A DNA stretch of 64,000 nucleotides. Origin: Bacilli bacterium. Its GTDB lineage: Bacteria > Bacillota_I > Bacilli_A > RFN20 > CAG-826. Position numbers and translations under genes: made by a program. The notes under the pieces were generated by a model. The model was not told the DNA's origin. It searched no databases and worked only from the letters and a program-made list of their open reading frames with translations. Below, piece after piece: positions 47,097 to 57,075 of this stretch. The stretch covers positions 201,874 to 265,873 of the forward strand of contig JAFUHI010000009.1 of the NCBI GenBank assembly GCA_017468925.1, written 5' to 3'. Position 1 is the first letter of the stretch; each line of letters opens with the position of its first letter.

Positions 47097-48196
47097 AATT
47101 TTAGATACTCCTCGAAGAAGGAATTGTGTTTCTCCGCCATAATCTCTATGGTGTTATTTTTTGATGTGCTAATCGCGTTCTTTCTCATTTCTTCGGATAT
47201 CGGTGAATTTATTGCATCAAGAATCTGTTTTTCATCTAAGATATCCACCAAAAAGCCGTTTTTTCCATCTCTTATGAGGTTAGTCGAGGAATTCGCGTTT
47301 TTGCTCCCTATCACTGGGCATCCTTGGCTTAACGATTCATTAACGACATGGCCATAAATATCTTCCTTGGTTAATAGAATGGATGCTTCGGAGATGCTAA
47401 AGAATTCCAAAAGCTTTTCATGCGGCATATATGGCTTTATCAGTATGTTTGAAATATTTTGCTCTTTTATATATTTCTCATATTGTTTTTGCTCGCTTCC
47501 GGAACCGACTAAAACCAAAACTTTATTGTCAGGGACGTTTTTCCAGATTTTGATTAATTGAGCATCGTTTTTCCTTGGGATGAATTGGCCTGCTGCAACA
47601 TATATTTCCTTGCCTTTCAACCCATATTCATCCTTTTTGTTTTCTTTTTCTTCTAAGGATAAAAGATTATTTAAAATCTCTTTCTCATATATGGTGCTAT
47701 AAGGGTAAAGGCGGATTTTAGTTTCATCCGCGCCATAGTATTTAAGATAGGAAGCGGAATTCTCATCTGGAGCGAGGTAAAACTTTGCCCCGCTTATATA
47801 TTTGGTTTTTATTTTTTTGTATAGTTTTCTTTCGTTTGCTTTGATGATTCCGCCATTTATCGCGAAGATATAGGGGATGTTATGTTTTTTGAGATAAGAT
47901 AATGTTTTCATCTCTGTGAACGTTCTCCAGCCATTCACCACGATGATGTCATATTTCTTCTCTTTTATTCTTTTCACGACTTTCCCGGTGTAGTTATTCA
48001 TATAACCAAATCTAAGAGAATTGATTATTTCGCAATGGAAATTAATTACTTTTTGATAATAGAAAGCGGGATCCCTATCATCCTCTTTTCTGCGTTCGAA
48101 AATGACATCGAGATCAACGATTTTTCCTAGTTCGTTGAAGAAATCGATCTTGTATGGAGCGGGATGATTGAATATCCAGAGCACTTTCATAGTCAA
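47093..48196 (-). CDS. Glycosyltransferase family 4
   Basis: 'EDIYGHVVNESLSQGCPVIGS' is the EX7E-type region. Confidence 0.75.
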   Translation of the reverse strand: MTMKVLWIFNHPAPYKIDFFNELGKIVDLDVIFERRKEDDRDPAFYYQKVINFHCEIINSLRFGYMNNYTGKVVKRIKEKKYDIIVVNGWRTFTEMKTLSYLKKHNIPYIFAINGGIIKANERKLYKKIKTKYISGAKFYLAPDENSASYLKYYGADETKIRLYPYSTIYEKEILNNLLSLEEKENKKDEYGLKGKEIYVAAGQFIPRKNDAQLIKIWKNVPDNKVLVLVGSGSEQKQYEKYIKEQNISNILIKPYMPHEKLLEFFSISEASILLTKEDIYGHVVNESLSQGCPVIGSKNANSSTNLIRDGKNGFLVDILDEKQILDAINSPISEEMRKNAISTSKNNTIEIMAEKHNSFFEEYLKL

Positions 48197-48254
48197 TGAT
48201 AAGTATAAACTTCTCGGCTTTCTTTTTCCTTAATGAAATGATTATATATTTATA

Positions 48255-48920
48255 ATGCTAAAAGATTGGAATGATTTTTTTAAACAAATTAAAGAAAAGG
48301 AATATTCTCACACTCTAAATGAGTTTTTGGATGAAGAATATAAGAATTTCACCGTCTACCCGCCAAGGCGATTAATGTTCAATGCTTTCGATAAGACGAA
48401 TCCTACAACCATTAAAGCGGTTATCATAGGACAAGATCCTTATCACAATCCTGGACAAGCCATGGGCATGTCTTTTTCTGTCCCTAAAGGGATAGAACCG
48501 CCACCCTCATTAATCAATATCTATAAAGAAATAGAAAATGATTTAGGAATAAAAATGGATATGTCCAATGGAGATTTGACCAAATGGGCAAACCAAGGGG
48601 TGCTTCTCTTGAATGCATATTTAAGTGTCAGAGAGAACGAGCCGCTTAGCCACAGTAGAAAAGAATATGATTATTTCATCGCTGATACGATGAGATATAT
48701 TGATACACTCGATCAACCAATCGTTTTCTTCCTTTGGGGCGGTTTCGCAAAGAAATTTGAGGGTTTTATTAAAAATAATAATCGTTTGATTATCAAATCC
48801 GTCCACCCATCTCCGTTATCTGCGAATAGGGGTGGATGGTTCAACACAAAGCAGTTCTCTAGGTGCAATGAATTTCTATTAAGCAAAGGAGTCGCGCCTA
48901 TTGACTGGTCCAACAAATAA
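48255..48920 (+). CDS. ung: Uracil-DNA glycosylase
   Basis: 'VIIGQDPYHNPGQAMG' and 'HPSPLSA' motifs. Confidence 0.92.
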   Translation: MLKDWNDFFKQIKEKEYSHTLNEFLDEEYKNFTVYPPRRLMFNAFDKTNPTTIKAVIIGQDPYHNPGQAMGMSFSVPKGIEPPPSLINIYKEIENDLGIKMDMSNGDLTKWANQGVLLLNAYLSVRENEPLSHSRKEYDYFIADTMRYIDTLDQPIVFFLWGGFAKKFEGFIKNNNRLIIKSVHPSPLSANRGGWFNTKQFSRCNEFLLSKGVAPIDWSNK

Positions 48921-48937
48921 GATTAGTCTAATTTATG

Positions 48938-49040
48938 CCGGAGCTCACCATCAGTGGGCTGAGAGGAACTTAAGGCAAGTTCGACGGGACCTGATCCAGA
49001 TAATGCTGGCGGAGGAATGAATTTTATCCTCCGTTTGAAT
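48938..49040 (+). promoter_or_regulatory. TPP (THI-box) riboswitch with a GGAGGA/TCCTCC expression-platform hairpin
   Basis: 'GGGCTGAGAGG...ACCTGATCCAGATAATGCTGGCGGAGGA' matches the conserved 'CUGAGA' and 'ACCUGAUCUGGAUAAUGCCAGCG' cores. Confidence 0.85.
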
Positions 49041-49055
49041 ATGGAGGAATTTTTT

Positions 49056-50192
49056 ATGGACGAGGAAATGACTGCTCAAGAAAGAGAAGATGAACCTATT
49101 AGGCAGGAAGACAAACCCAATGGTAAAGTCATAGAGTGGCTTAGGAATCATTATTGGCTTATCGCTATAGTCTCTGGAATCATCGCGCTTGTCGGTTTGT
49201 TTGGCCCAATCGTAAGCGGCAAGGCGTTCACCGGTGAATTCATTGACGGTTGGTGGGCTTTTGAAAGAACTGGCGCGGATAGAGCAGGAGTATTCTTAAA
49301 CGGATTATTCTCTCCATTCAACTGGACAGCTTTACTGCCTTATATGCTTCTAGTCGTGGGCATCGTTATTTCTTGTGTTTCATTCAAAAGGCATGATTTA
49401 TACATAATCGCAACATTCTTTTATATCGTTTCTGGAATCTTTTTCCTTTTTGGAAAACACCTATATAACTTGGGACTTTCTCTATATTACAATTCCTTGA
49501 ATCCAGTTGAAGGAGGGGCATCTAGCCTGATAGAAGATATCGCATCGACCTTCAGCACGAAATTATCATTTGGCTACACTTTCTCAGCAATCCTTTCCTT
49601 TGTCGCCGCATTGATTAATTTCAATGCTGCAACCCAAAAGGAAGCAATGAATATAAGAGACTTGACTGAAGTGGCTATTTTTTCCGCCGTCGCAATTGGC
49701 CTTCAATTCATCAAGATTCCCATCGGAGTAACCGGTGGTTCCGTTAATTTAGGCATCGTTCCTTTGTTCATGATTGCCTTAAGGCATGGTCCGATAAAAG
49801 GGTTTATCGCAGGCGGTTTGATATATGGTTTAATCACTTGCATCCTAGATGGATATGGCTTATTCACATATCCGTTTGATTATTTAATTGGATTTGGAAG
49901 CGTGGCGATTTTAGGTTATTTCCGCAAATTCGTTTTTCTTAAACCAGGCGGAAAGAGAACTTTAGTGCCTGTCTCCGGATTTATCTGGATTGCTCTAGGG
50001 GTGACATTAGGAACTGCGGTTAGATTTATTGGCTCTACCCTTAGCTCAATCGTGAATTATGGTTATCCGTTTGGAGCCGCTTTGGCTTACAACTCGATAT
50101 ATATCCCAGTTACTGGGGCGATTGCCTTGGGAATTACTGAAGCATTATATATGCCTTTGGCGATACTAAATCGTCGATTCCCCGCTAAATAA
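49056..50192 (+). CDS. ThiT-like thiamine transporter S-component with an extra N-terminal membrane domain
   Basis: The C-terminal half ('VAIFSAVAIGLQFIKIPIG...GSVNLGIVPLFMIALRHGPIKG') is ThiT/YuaJ-like. A TPP riboswitch lies upstream. GGAGGA RBS followed by the ATG at 49056. Confidence 0.7.
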   Translation: MDEEMTAQEREDEPIRQEDKPNGKVIEWLRNHYWLIAIVSGIIALVGLFGPIVSGKAFTGEFIDGWWAFERTGADRAGVFLNGLFSPFNWTALLPYMLLVVGIVISCVSFKRHDLYIIATFFYIVSGIFFLFGKHLYNLGLSLYYNSLNPVEGGASSLIEDIASTFSTKLSFGYTFSAILSFVAALINFNAATQKEAMNIRDLTEVAIFSAVAIGLQFIKIPIGVTGGSVNLGIVPLFMIALRHGPIKGFIAGGLIYGLITCILDGYGLFTYPFDYLIGFGSVAILGYFRKFVFLKPGGKRTLVPVSGFIWIALGVTLGTAVRFIGSTLSSIVNYGYPFGAALAYNSIYIPVTGAIALGITEALYMPLAILNRRFPAK

Positions 50193-50257
50193 ATATATTT
50201 ATTCGTTATTTGCCGCTTTTCGTGTTAGAGTATTTTCAACGCACGGAGGAAACAACG

Positions 50258-51337
50258 ATGGAAGAAGAAAAGAAGAACGTTGAGGAAAATGAAAGCGACT
50301 TCGCCGATGAAGTTGCCCCGCTAGAAGAGCAAGAATCCACTTTGCCGCCACCAGAAGAAACGAAAGAAGAAGAAAAACCAGAAGAAAAAAACTGGGATAG
50401 AGAAGGAGAGGCCCCAGAAGTTAAATCCGCAGGGGAAATAACCGATGAGAGGCTCAAATTAATTGAATCACGTCGAGCGGACTTCCATAAAAAATATAAA
50501 AAAACCAACATATTCAGATGGGTTGTGTCGTTATCTGCTTTGGCTTTGATTGTTCTTGGATATGTCATTCCGACAACCGTACCTCCAATGGCAGGTTCAA
50601 CCTGGGGGATATATATTACCTTAGGTGTCCTTATTCTCGCAGTTTTGTGCATTGCCATTTATAGCTTTGTCTCAAGAAGATGGATCAATAAGCATATGAA
50701 GCAGTATTTTGCCGATTATTACGCCAGTGCGAATTCATATGTTTACGAAGGCGACGAAGAAGGCGCGAAAGGCGATGTTGATACAAAACTCGAACCTTTG
50801 ACTTTGAAAGAAGCGAAGACCTATGAGGATATCTATAAAATCGGCAGCAGAGACACGCTTAAGTTCTCCATAAACGGCAAAAACGCATTGGTTAGCGACT
50901 GCGCTGCTCAAATTTCAATCGGCAAACAACTAAAAACAGTTTTCGTCGGAAAGTTATTTGTCATTGATAATGAATACAAAGGCGACCAAATATTGCTTTA
51001 TATCAAAGGCTATAGCAGAGGTTTACCCCCAACAGCCTTAAGCGGAAAAGAAGAGATTTTAAACGATGGAAGAATGGCCGCTTTTGGAAATAAGACGGAA
51101 TTTGCAAAGATATTTAGCGACAAGACTTTAAAAACTCTTCTCGATGAATTTGACACAAACAAAATATTGGTGGATGTGACCATTTCAATCGTCGAAGGCA
51201 AAACCTATTATTTCATGGGGTATGATGACTCCGCGATGGTGTTACCACTAGAAAAGCCGCTTGTGCTTGCTCCACTTGATGAAATCAAAAAGAACTATGC
51301 TTCTATAAAGAAAGTCGATTCATTGCTCAACTTATAA
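50258..51337 (+). CDS. Membrane protein with an acidic N-terminus, function unknown
   Basis: The start is taken at 'MEEEKKNVEEN'. Two central TM helices. Confidence 0.55.
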   Translation: MEEEKKNVEENESDFADEVAPLEEQESTLPPPEETKEEEKPEEKNWDREGEAPEVKSAGEITDERLKLIESRRADFHKKYKKTNIFRWVVSLSALALIVLGYVIPTTVPPMAGSTWGIYITLGVLILAVLCIAIYSFVSRRWINKHMKQYFADYYASANSYVYEGDEEGAKGDVDTKLEPLTLKEAKTYEDIYKIGSRDTLKFSINGKNALVSDCAAQISIGKQLKTVFVGKLFVIDNEYKGDQILLYIKGYSRGLPPTALSGKEEILNDGRMAAFGNKTEFAKIFSDKTLKTLLDEFDTNKILVDVTISIVEGKTYYFMGYDDSAMVLPLEKPLVLAPLDEIKKNYASIKKVDSLLNL

Positions 51338-51377
51338 GAAAAAAGGAACCTGAATGAAAAATCAGGTCCCTTTTTTT
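51338..51377. terminator. Bidirectional intrinsic terminator
   Basis: A-run, then the stem GGAACCTGA...TCAGGTCCC, then T7. Confidence 0.75.
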
Positions 51378-51385
51378 ATCATGGA

Positions 51386-52102
51386 CTATTCTTCTTTGGC
51401 TGGTTCTTCTTGAACTGGCTCTGCTTCAACTTCAACAGGCTCTTGTTTGTTTTGCTCAGTTGTTTCTTCTATAGCAGGTTCTTCAACATCATCAACTTCA
51501 TAGAAGAAGGCGATGTAAAGGAATGACATAAGCGGTAACAATGCCAAGTATTCGCTTATATACCAGAAATATTCAAACCACTCATATTCGAACATGCTAG
51601 CGTAGACGCATCTAAATAAGAAAACGAATACCGAAAGGCCAACCGCCGAAAGCATGAGAATCAAGGAAACTTTTCTTAGCTTCTTTAGCGTTGGGAAGAA
51701 TTCCCCAAGCAAGACGAAAACGAAAGCAGTGGCGATAACTAATGTCATAGCTGTGCCGAATATACCGGCAGCGATCTCCATGCCTGATCCATCCCATTCC
51801 GGGTCGGCGCCCATCATTGAGAAATACCAAGCGATGTCTCTAATGAAATAGAATAAAGAGAAGAAGAACCATAGACCGGTCAATATTTTAACCGCGCCAG
51901 CCTTCTTCAAAATCAAAGCGACCGCCAACGCCGCACATAGCAATGTGATGATGGTGACCGCAACGATGCTTCCGATAATCGGGAAGAATGTGTCGCCAAT
52001 TGTCGCAAACTGATAAATCAGATAGCAGAAGTTGTACAATCCTAGGAAAATCAAGCTTAACAACAAGGCGTTCTTTTTTACAAAAAGTGCTAATTTGCTC
52101 AT
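51386..52102 (-). CDS. Polytopic membrane protein with an acidic C-terminal tail, function unknown
   Basis: About 6 TM helices and a C-terminal E/P/V-rich tail. Confidence 0.55.
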   Translation of the reverse strand: MSKLALFVKKNALLLSLIFLGLYNFCYLIYQFATIGDTFFPIIGSIVAVTIITLLCAALAVALILKKAGAVKILTGLWFFFSLFYFIRDIAWYFSMMGADPEWDGSGMEIAAGIFGTAMTLVIATAFVFVLLGEFFPTLKKLRKVSLILMLSAVGLSVFVFLFRCVYASMFEYEWFEYFWYISEYLALLPLMSFLYIAFFYEVDDVEEPAIEETTEQNKQEPVEVEAEPVQEEPAKEE

Positions 52103-52250
52103 AAAAGCCTCCTTTCGCATTTTTTTGCAATGATTTACTAGTAATAGTATACCCCGTTTGATGATAATTCCTGTATTTTCTTAAAGATTTTTTCGTGGTG
52201 TATCATTGATAAATACATTTATCATCTTTCAAGTGTATAATGTCATTAGT

Positions 52251-52850
52251 ATGAACGAGACCGTAGATCAAAGATTTAAAAAATGGATAATCGTGCAAGC
52301 ATATAAGCACGATGGAAAATTACACAGGCAGTGGTCGCCTGCATATTTAACCGTGGATGATGATGACGTATACGCTGTTTGCTCTAGAGCGAGTTTAGTA
52401 ACAGAGGCGAACGGAAGAAAATGGATCACAAGAGAACACGCTGTTTTCATCTTCTTCAAAAAGAAGTGGCTAAATGTTATCTGTATGCTGAAGAATGATG
52501 GCTCTCATGATCCAAATGCCGAAAAAGGGATCTGCTATTACGTCAATATTGCCACCCCAACCATAATGGATGAAGGCAAGCTTAAATACATCGATTATGA
52601 TTTGGATATCAAACTATTCCCAGATAAAACAACAAAGGAATTGGATGAATCGGAATTCGAAAGGCATATCAAAACATACGGCTATAGCGATGAATTGACC
52701 TCTGCCATAAAAAAATCGATGAACGAAGTCAAACTAATGATATCAAAAGGAGAATATCCCTTTGATGATTTATCAATCAGGGAAATATATGAGAAATTCC
52801 TGAATGAAAACAAGCCATTCACGCCTTTTAAACAGAATAGAGACTTATGA
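52251..52850 (+). CDS. DUF402 protein (nucleoside tri-/diphosphatase Ntdp-like)
   Basis: 'QAYKHDGKLHRQW', 'YYVNIATP' and 'IDYDLDIKLFPD'. Confidence 0.7.
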   Translation: MNETVDQRFKKWIIVQAYKHDGKLHRQWSPAYLTVDDDDVYAVCSRASLVTEANGRKWITREHAVFIFFKKKWLNVICMLKNDGSHDPNAEKGICYYVNIATPTIMDEGKLKYIDYDLDIKLFPDKTTKELDESEFERHIKTYGYSDELTSAIKKSMNEVKLMISKGEYPFDDLSIREIYEKFLNENKPFTPFKQNRDL

Positions 52851-53311
52851 GAATTGAATTCAATACCATTTCAAGCGAACAAACTAAAGCGCTTGGCGAA
52901 TTTGTTTCGTCGTTTTTCACTGCAGGAGATGTCGTTCTCCTAAAAGGAGATCTCGGCGCAGGCAAGACGACATTCGTAGGAGGGGTTGCCAAAGGACTCG
53001 AGATAAAAGAGGATGTCATTTCGCCTACTTTTAACATTATGAAGTGTTATTTCAAAGGGAAGTTGCCGATGTATCATATCGATGCATATAGATTGGAGAA
53101 TATGTCGATAGAGATAGGGCTAGATGAATATATTGAAGGTGATGGTGTTTGTTTGATTGAATGGCCTCAATATATTTTGCCTCTTATCCCCGATGACCAT
53201 CTTGACATAACTTTGTTAAACAAAGGCGACAATCATAGGCACATCGTTTTTGAAAGCGATTCAACGCATTTTTCCGAATTGATTGAGGGTTTGAGGAGAT
53301 TTTCGTTATGA
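52847..53311 (+). CDS. tsaE: tRNA t6A37 biosynthesis ATPase TsaE
   Basis: 'LKGDLGAGKTTFVGG' and 'YHIDAYRL'. Confidence 0.9.
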   Translation: MRIEFNTISSEQTKALGEFVSSFFTAGDVVLLKGDLGAGKTTFVGGVAKGLEIKEDVISPTFNIMKCYFKGKLPMYHIDAYRLENMSIEIGLDEYIEGDGVCLIEWPQYILPLIPDDHLDITLLNKGDNHRHIVFESDSTHFSELIEGLRRFSL

Positions 53312-53904
53312 TTTATCTTCTTTTAGATTCATCGGATAAATATCTTTCTGTTGGGTTATCTAAAGACGGGAATGTTTTCGATTCAATTTCTTATGAAGCC
53401 TGGCAAAAGCAAAGCGAATTCATGATTCAGGAAATAAAGAGGCTGATGGATCGAAACAATTTGACAAAAGATGATCTTGCAGGAGTTGTTTCTTCTAGAG
53501 GTCCTGGTTCATATACTGGTGTAAGAATTTCTTTGTCCATCGCTAAAACAATTTCGTTTGCTCTGCAAATCCCTCTGTATCTCGTTTCGTCTTTAGAATG
53601 CTTCCGTCAAAAAGACAAACCAACGATTTGCTTGATGAATGCCAGAAGCAAAAGAAGTTATTTTGCGGTCTATAAAGGCAAAGACGCCATCATAGAAGAT
53701 AAGATTTTGACGAATGAAGAGGTGTTTGCTTACATCAATGAGCACAAGGATTATTTGATTAGCGGGGATGTCGCTTATCTTTCCCTTACCGGGGAACAAT
53801 ATGATGTTTTGTCTATCCTATCTGATTCGGTGGACGAGAGACATTTAATTAAGGACAGTTTGTCCGCTAAGCCGGTTTATCTAAAGGACACGTATTTGGT
53901 ATGA
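53308..53904 (+). CDS. tsaB: tRNA t6A37 biosynthesis protein TsaB
   Basis: 'GPGSYTGVRISLSIAKT'. It occupies the expected position in the tsaE-tsaB-rimI-tsaD order. Confidence 0.85.
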   Translation: MIYLLLDSSDKYLSVGLSKDGNVFDSISYEAWQKQSEFMIQEIKRLMDRNNLTKDDLAGVVSSRGPGSYTGVRISLSIAKTISFALQIPLYLVSSLECFRQKDKPTICLMNARSKRSYFAVYKGKDAIIEDKILTNEEVFAYINEHKDYLISGDVAYLSLTGEQYDVLSILSDSVDERHLIKDSLSAKPVYLKDTYLV

Positions 53905-54335
53905 ATATAAGGAAAGCAGAACTAAAAGATGCCAATTTGATTGCGGACCTAGAAGCGAAGTGTCTAAAGAATCCTTGGCCTTTATCGCAAATCGAATATG
54001 AAATATCGTCAAATCCCTGCGCAATAACGATTATTGCAGAAAAAGATGGCGAATTGCTGGGATATTTAGATTATCTTATTACATTCGATTCATCCTCTAT
54101 TTGCAGGATTGCCGTCTATCACGAACATAGAAACAAAGGAATCGCATCTTCTTTATTGGAAGAGATGGATAAAAATTTGAAAGAAAACAGTGTTTCATGG
54201 TCAACATTGGAAGTGAGAACGAGCAACGGAAATGCAATCAATTTATACAAAAAAAGAGGGTACGAATTGATAACGACAAAGAAAGCGTATTATGACGATG
54301 GAGAAGATGCGTTGTATATGGTGAGGTGTTATTAA
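53901..54335 (+). CDS. rimI: Ribosomal-protein-alanine N-acetyltransferase (GNAT)
   Basis: GNAT motif A 'HRNKGIASSLL'. Supported by synteny. Confidence 0.8.
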   Translation: MNIRKAELKDANLIADLEAKCLKNPWPLSQIEYEISSNPCAITIIAEKDGELLGYLDYLITFDSSSICRIAVYHEHRNKGIASSLLEEMDKNLKENSVSWSTLEVRTSNGNAINLYKKRGYELITTKKAYYDDGEDALYMVRCY

Positions 54336-55354
54336 TGGCAAAAATTTTAGCGATAGAAAGCAGCTGCGATGAAACCGCGGTCGCCATAATCGATGGCGAT
54401 AAGCTTTTATGCAACGTCATCTCAAGCCAAGTGGAAGTCCATAGAAAATATGGAGGAGTCATGCCAGAGATTGCTTCTAGACTCCATGCTGAAAACATCA
54501 CCGTCTGCCTCAAAGAAGCCTTGGAACAAAGCAAATGCTCTTTGGAGGAAATCGATGCTTTTGCAGTAACCAGAGGGCCTGGTCTAATCGGTTGTTTACA
54601 TGTGGGATTGCAGGCTGCTAAAACTCTTGCGATGCTATATAACAAGCCTTTGATTCCGGTCCATCATTTGTGTGGGCATATATACGCTAACGAATACGCT
54701 GGTGAATTTATTTTCCCGATGCTATGTGTCGTTGTAAGCGGCGGTAATACCGAACTTGTATTGATGAAGGACCATCTCCAGTTTGAAATCATCGGTGAAA
54801 CGAAAGACGATGCGGTCGGAGAGTGTTACGACAAAGTAGCTAGGGTTTTAGGCCTCCCATATCCAGGTGGCCTCCCAATAGACCAAAAGGCTAAATTAGG
54901 CAAACACACCTACGATTTGCCTTTGCCTCTCCATAAAGAAAATACCTATGATTTCTCTTATTCCGGCTTGAAAACAAGCGTCATTAATCTTGTTAACAGC
55001 GAAAAGATGAAAGGCCACGAAATTAGAGCGGAAGATATGTGCAAATCATTCCAGGATGTGGCGATAGGGATGATTGTGGAAAAAGCCATAAAAGCCGCAT
55101 TGGAATATAAGGTCAAACAAGTTGTTCTTGCAGGAGGAGTCTCTGCGAATAGCTATTTAAGGGAGCAGATGAAAGAAAGACTTGAAGGAACCGGAATAGA
55201 TTTGATTATCCCGCCTCTATGGTGCACTACCGATAACGCCGCGATGATAGCGAAAGTTGCGGCTAGGCTATATAAAGAAAAGGTATTCGCCTCATTGGAT
55301 CTGGGAGTGGACCCAAATTGGAAGATAAGCGAATACCGTAATTTTGAGAATTAA
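54335..55354 (+). CDS. tsaD: tRNA N6-adenosine threonylcarbamoyltransferase TsaD
   Basis: 'ILAIESSCDETAVAI' and 'VHHLCGHI'. The ATG overlaps the rimI stop (TAATG). Confidence 0.95.
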   Translation: MAKILAIESSCDETAVAIIDGDKLLCNVISSQVEVHRKYGGVMPEIASRLHAENITVCLKEALEQSKCSLEEIDAFAVTRGPGLIGCLHVGLQAAKTLAMLYNKPLIPVHHLCGHIYANEYAGEFIFPMLCVVVSGGNTELVLMKDHLQFEIIGETKDDAVGECYDKVARVLGLPYPGGLPIDQKAKLGKHTYDLPLPLHKENTYDFSYSGLKTSVINLVNSEKMKGHEIRAEDMCKSFQDVAIGMIVEKAIKAALEYKVKQVVLAGGVSANSYLREQMKERLEGTGIDLIIPPLWCTTDNAAMIAKVAARLYKEKVFASLDLGVDPNWKISEYRNFEN

Positions 55355-56055
55355 TAATATATTGTGATCGATAAAGCGTACACCGCATTTCCATCCAGAT
55401 TGCACAAAACAAAATAACGGTCATCTTCATCGAAATCGAATGTCACGGTGTATGTGTTTTCATCTTCTTTGAAGGTCCTATCCAATTTCCTTTCGCCTTG
55501 ATTTGCTTCATCTCCAGCAAAACATGACATTAATGCAGTGTTGGTAAAGTAAGCGGAACTGAAGATTTTTTCGACAACGACAATCCTTTTAATTTCTAGA
55601 GAATCTGCGTTATATAAATATCCTCCTTCGCCTTCGTCACCTCTTTTGGTTTGGATGGTCCCATTATGCTCACCTCCGCCTTGCATCATATTGAAGGAAC
55701 AAAAATGGATGTTGTCTTTCTCGATTTCTACCTCGTCTGAAGGATAACCGCTTCCAGTTGGGGCGGGGAAATCAGAAAAAGTGAATTCTATTTGCTGCAT
55801 TTCTTGCGCAGAAGAAGATTCGATTGATTGGGATGATGTTTCTTCGGAAGTCATTGATTCGCTTGATGGTTCAACGCTAGTTTCTGAGGCAGTTATTCCG
55901 CTGGAAACTTCGCTTGTTGAGGAAATGGAGGATGCATTACTTAATGAGGCAGACGATTCCTCACTAAAGAAAGTCGATGATGTCTTTTCTTTTTCACAAG
56001 AGAATAGAAAAGGAATGATAGATAGGCTAACAAAAATCAAAAATTTATTTTTCAT
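55351..56055 (-). CDS. Lipoprotein with a Ser-rich linker
   Basis: Lipobox 'PFLFSC|EKEK' and an S/E/T-rich linker. Confidence 0.7.
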   Translation of the reverse strand: MKNKFLIFVSLSIIPFLFSCEKEKTSSTFFSEESSASLSNASSISSTSEVSSGITASETSVEPSSESMTSEETSSQSIESSSAQEMQQIEFTFSDFPAPTGSGYPSDEVEIEKDNIHFCSFNMMQGGGEHNGTIQTKRGDEGEGGYLYNADSLEIKRIVVVEKIFSSAYFTNTALMSCFAGDEANQGERKLDRTFKEDENTYTVTFDFDEDDRYFVLCNLDGNAVYALSITIYY

Positions 56056-56138
56056 ATGTTAATAATCTAAGACAAAACCTAGACAAATTCACTAAAAATC
56101 CCACAAAAAAATATGGTAGAGAAAACAAAGTTTTCCTA

Positions 56139-56147
56139 TGGTATAAT
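56139..56147 (+). promoter_or_regulatory. Extended -10 promoter element (TGgTATAAT) for the degV-fakA-plsX operon
   Basis: TG at 56139-40 and TATAAT at 56142-47, about 30 nt upstream of the ATG at 56179. Confidence 0.45.
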
Positions 56148-56178
56148 CTCTTTGTTTAAAAAATCGAAAGGAATTACT

Positions 56179-57060
56179 ATGAAAGAAATCGCAATATTAT
56201 TAGACTCAACCTGCAACATGACAAAAGAGCTCATGGAGAGGTTCGATGTCGATTACTTCAGAATGGGAGTGTCCGTTGGCGAAGAAGAGCATGAGGCCTC
56301 TTTGACCTGGGAAGATTACACCCCACATCAGTTCTATGACATAATGAGGTCAGGCACTAGGGTATTCACCATCCAAGTCCAAGACCACACATATAGAGAT
56401 AGATTTGTCAAATTGGTGCAAGAAGGAAGAGATGTTCTTTATATAGCTTGCTCTGGTGCCTTATCCGCTTCGGTAAAGGCTGCATCTAAGGTCGCAGACG
56501 AAGTCATGAAAGAATATCCTGACTCAAAAATCGTTGTTGTCGATTCCTTATGCGCTGGCATGGGCCAAGGTTTGATGGGAATCAAAGCCTCGGAAATGAG
56601 AAGCGAAGGCAAATCCATCGAAGAAATAAGAGATTATCTAGAAGCGAATAAATTAAAATTCAACCAATGGGCCACCGTTGGAGATTTGAATTATCTAAAG
56701 AGAGCGGGCCGCATCAAAGCCTCCAAAGCTTTCTTTGGAAACCTTTTTGGCGTTAAGCCAATCATTATTTCGGATATCAAAGGAAATAATTTTGCCTACA
56801 AGAAAGTGAAAGGCAGAAAAGCCGCTCTCCAAGAGTTGGTTGACTCTGCCAAAAACTCTTTTGTGGATGGATATATTTCCATTGATCACGGCGACTGTGA
56901 AGCAGACGCGCTCGAGTTGAAGAGGATGTTAGAAGAAGCCGGCGTCAAAGCCAAAGAGATCTTCATCGTACCTCTTGGACCAATCCTTGGTGCCACCTGC
57001 GGTCCTGATACTGTTGCCATATATCACTTTGGAAGCGAAGTGACCATACTAGGAGAATAA
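56179..57060 (+). CDS. DegV-family fatty-acid-binding protein (FakB-type)
   Basis: 'IAILLDSTCNM' and DegV-like architecture. It lies directly upstream of the DAK2-domain protein. Confidence 0.85.
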   Translation: MKEIAILLDSTCNMTKELMERFDVDYFRMGVSVGEEEHEASLTWEDYTPHQFYDIMRSGTRVFTIQVQDHTYRDRFVKLVQEGRDVLYIACSGALSASVKAASKVADEVMKEYPDSKIVVVDSLCAGMGQGLMGIKASEMRSEGKSIEEIRDYLEANKLKFNQWATVGDLNYLKRAGRIKASKAFFGNLFGVKPIIISDIKGNNFAYKKVKGRKAALQELVDSAKNSFVDGYISIDHGDCEADALELKRMLEEAGVKAKEIFIVPLGPILGATCGPDTVAIYHFGSEVTILGE

Positions 57061-57075
57061 AGACAAAAAACAATT

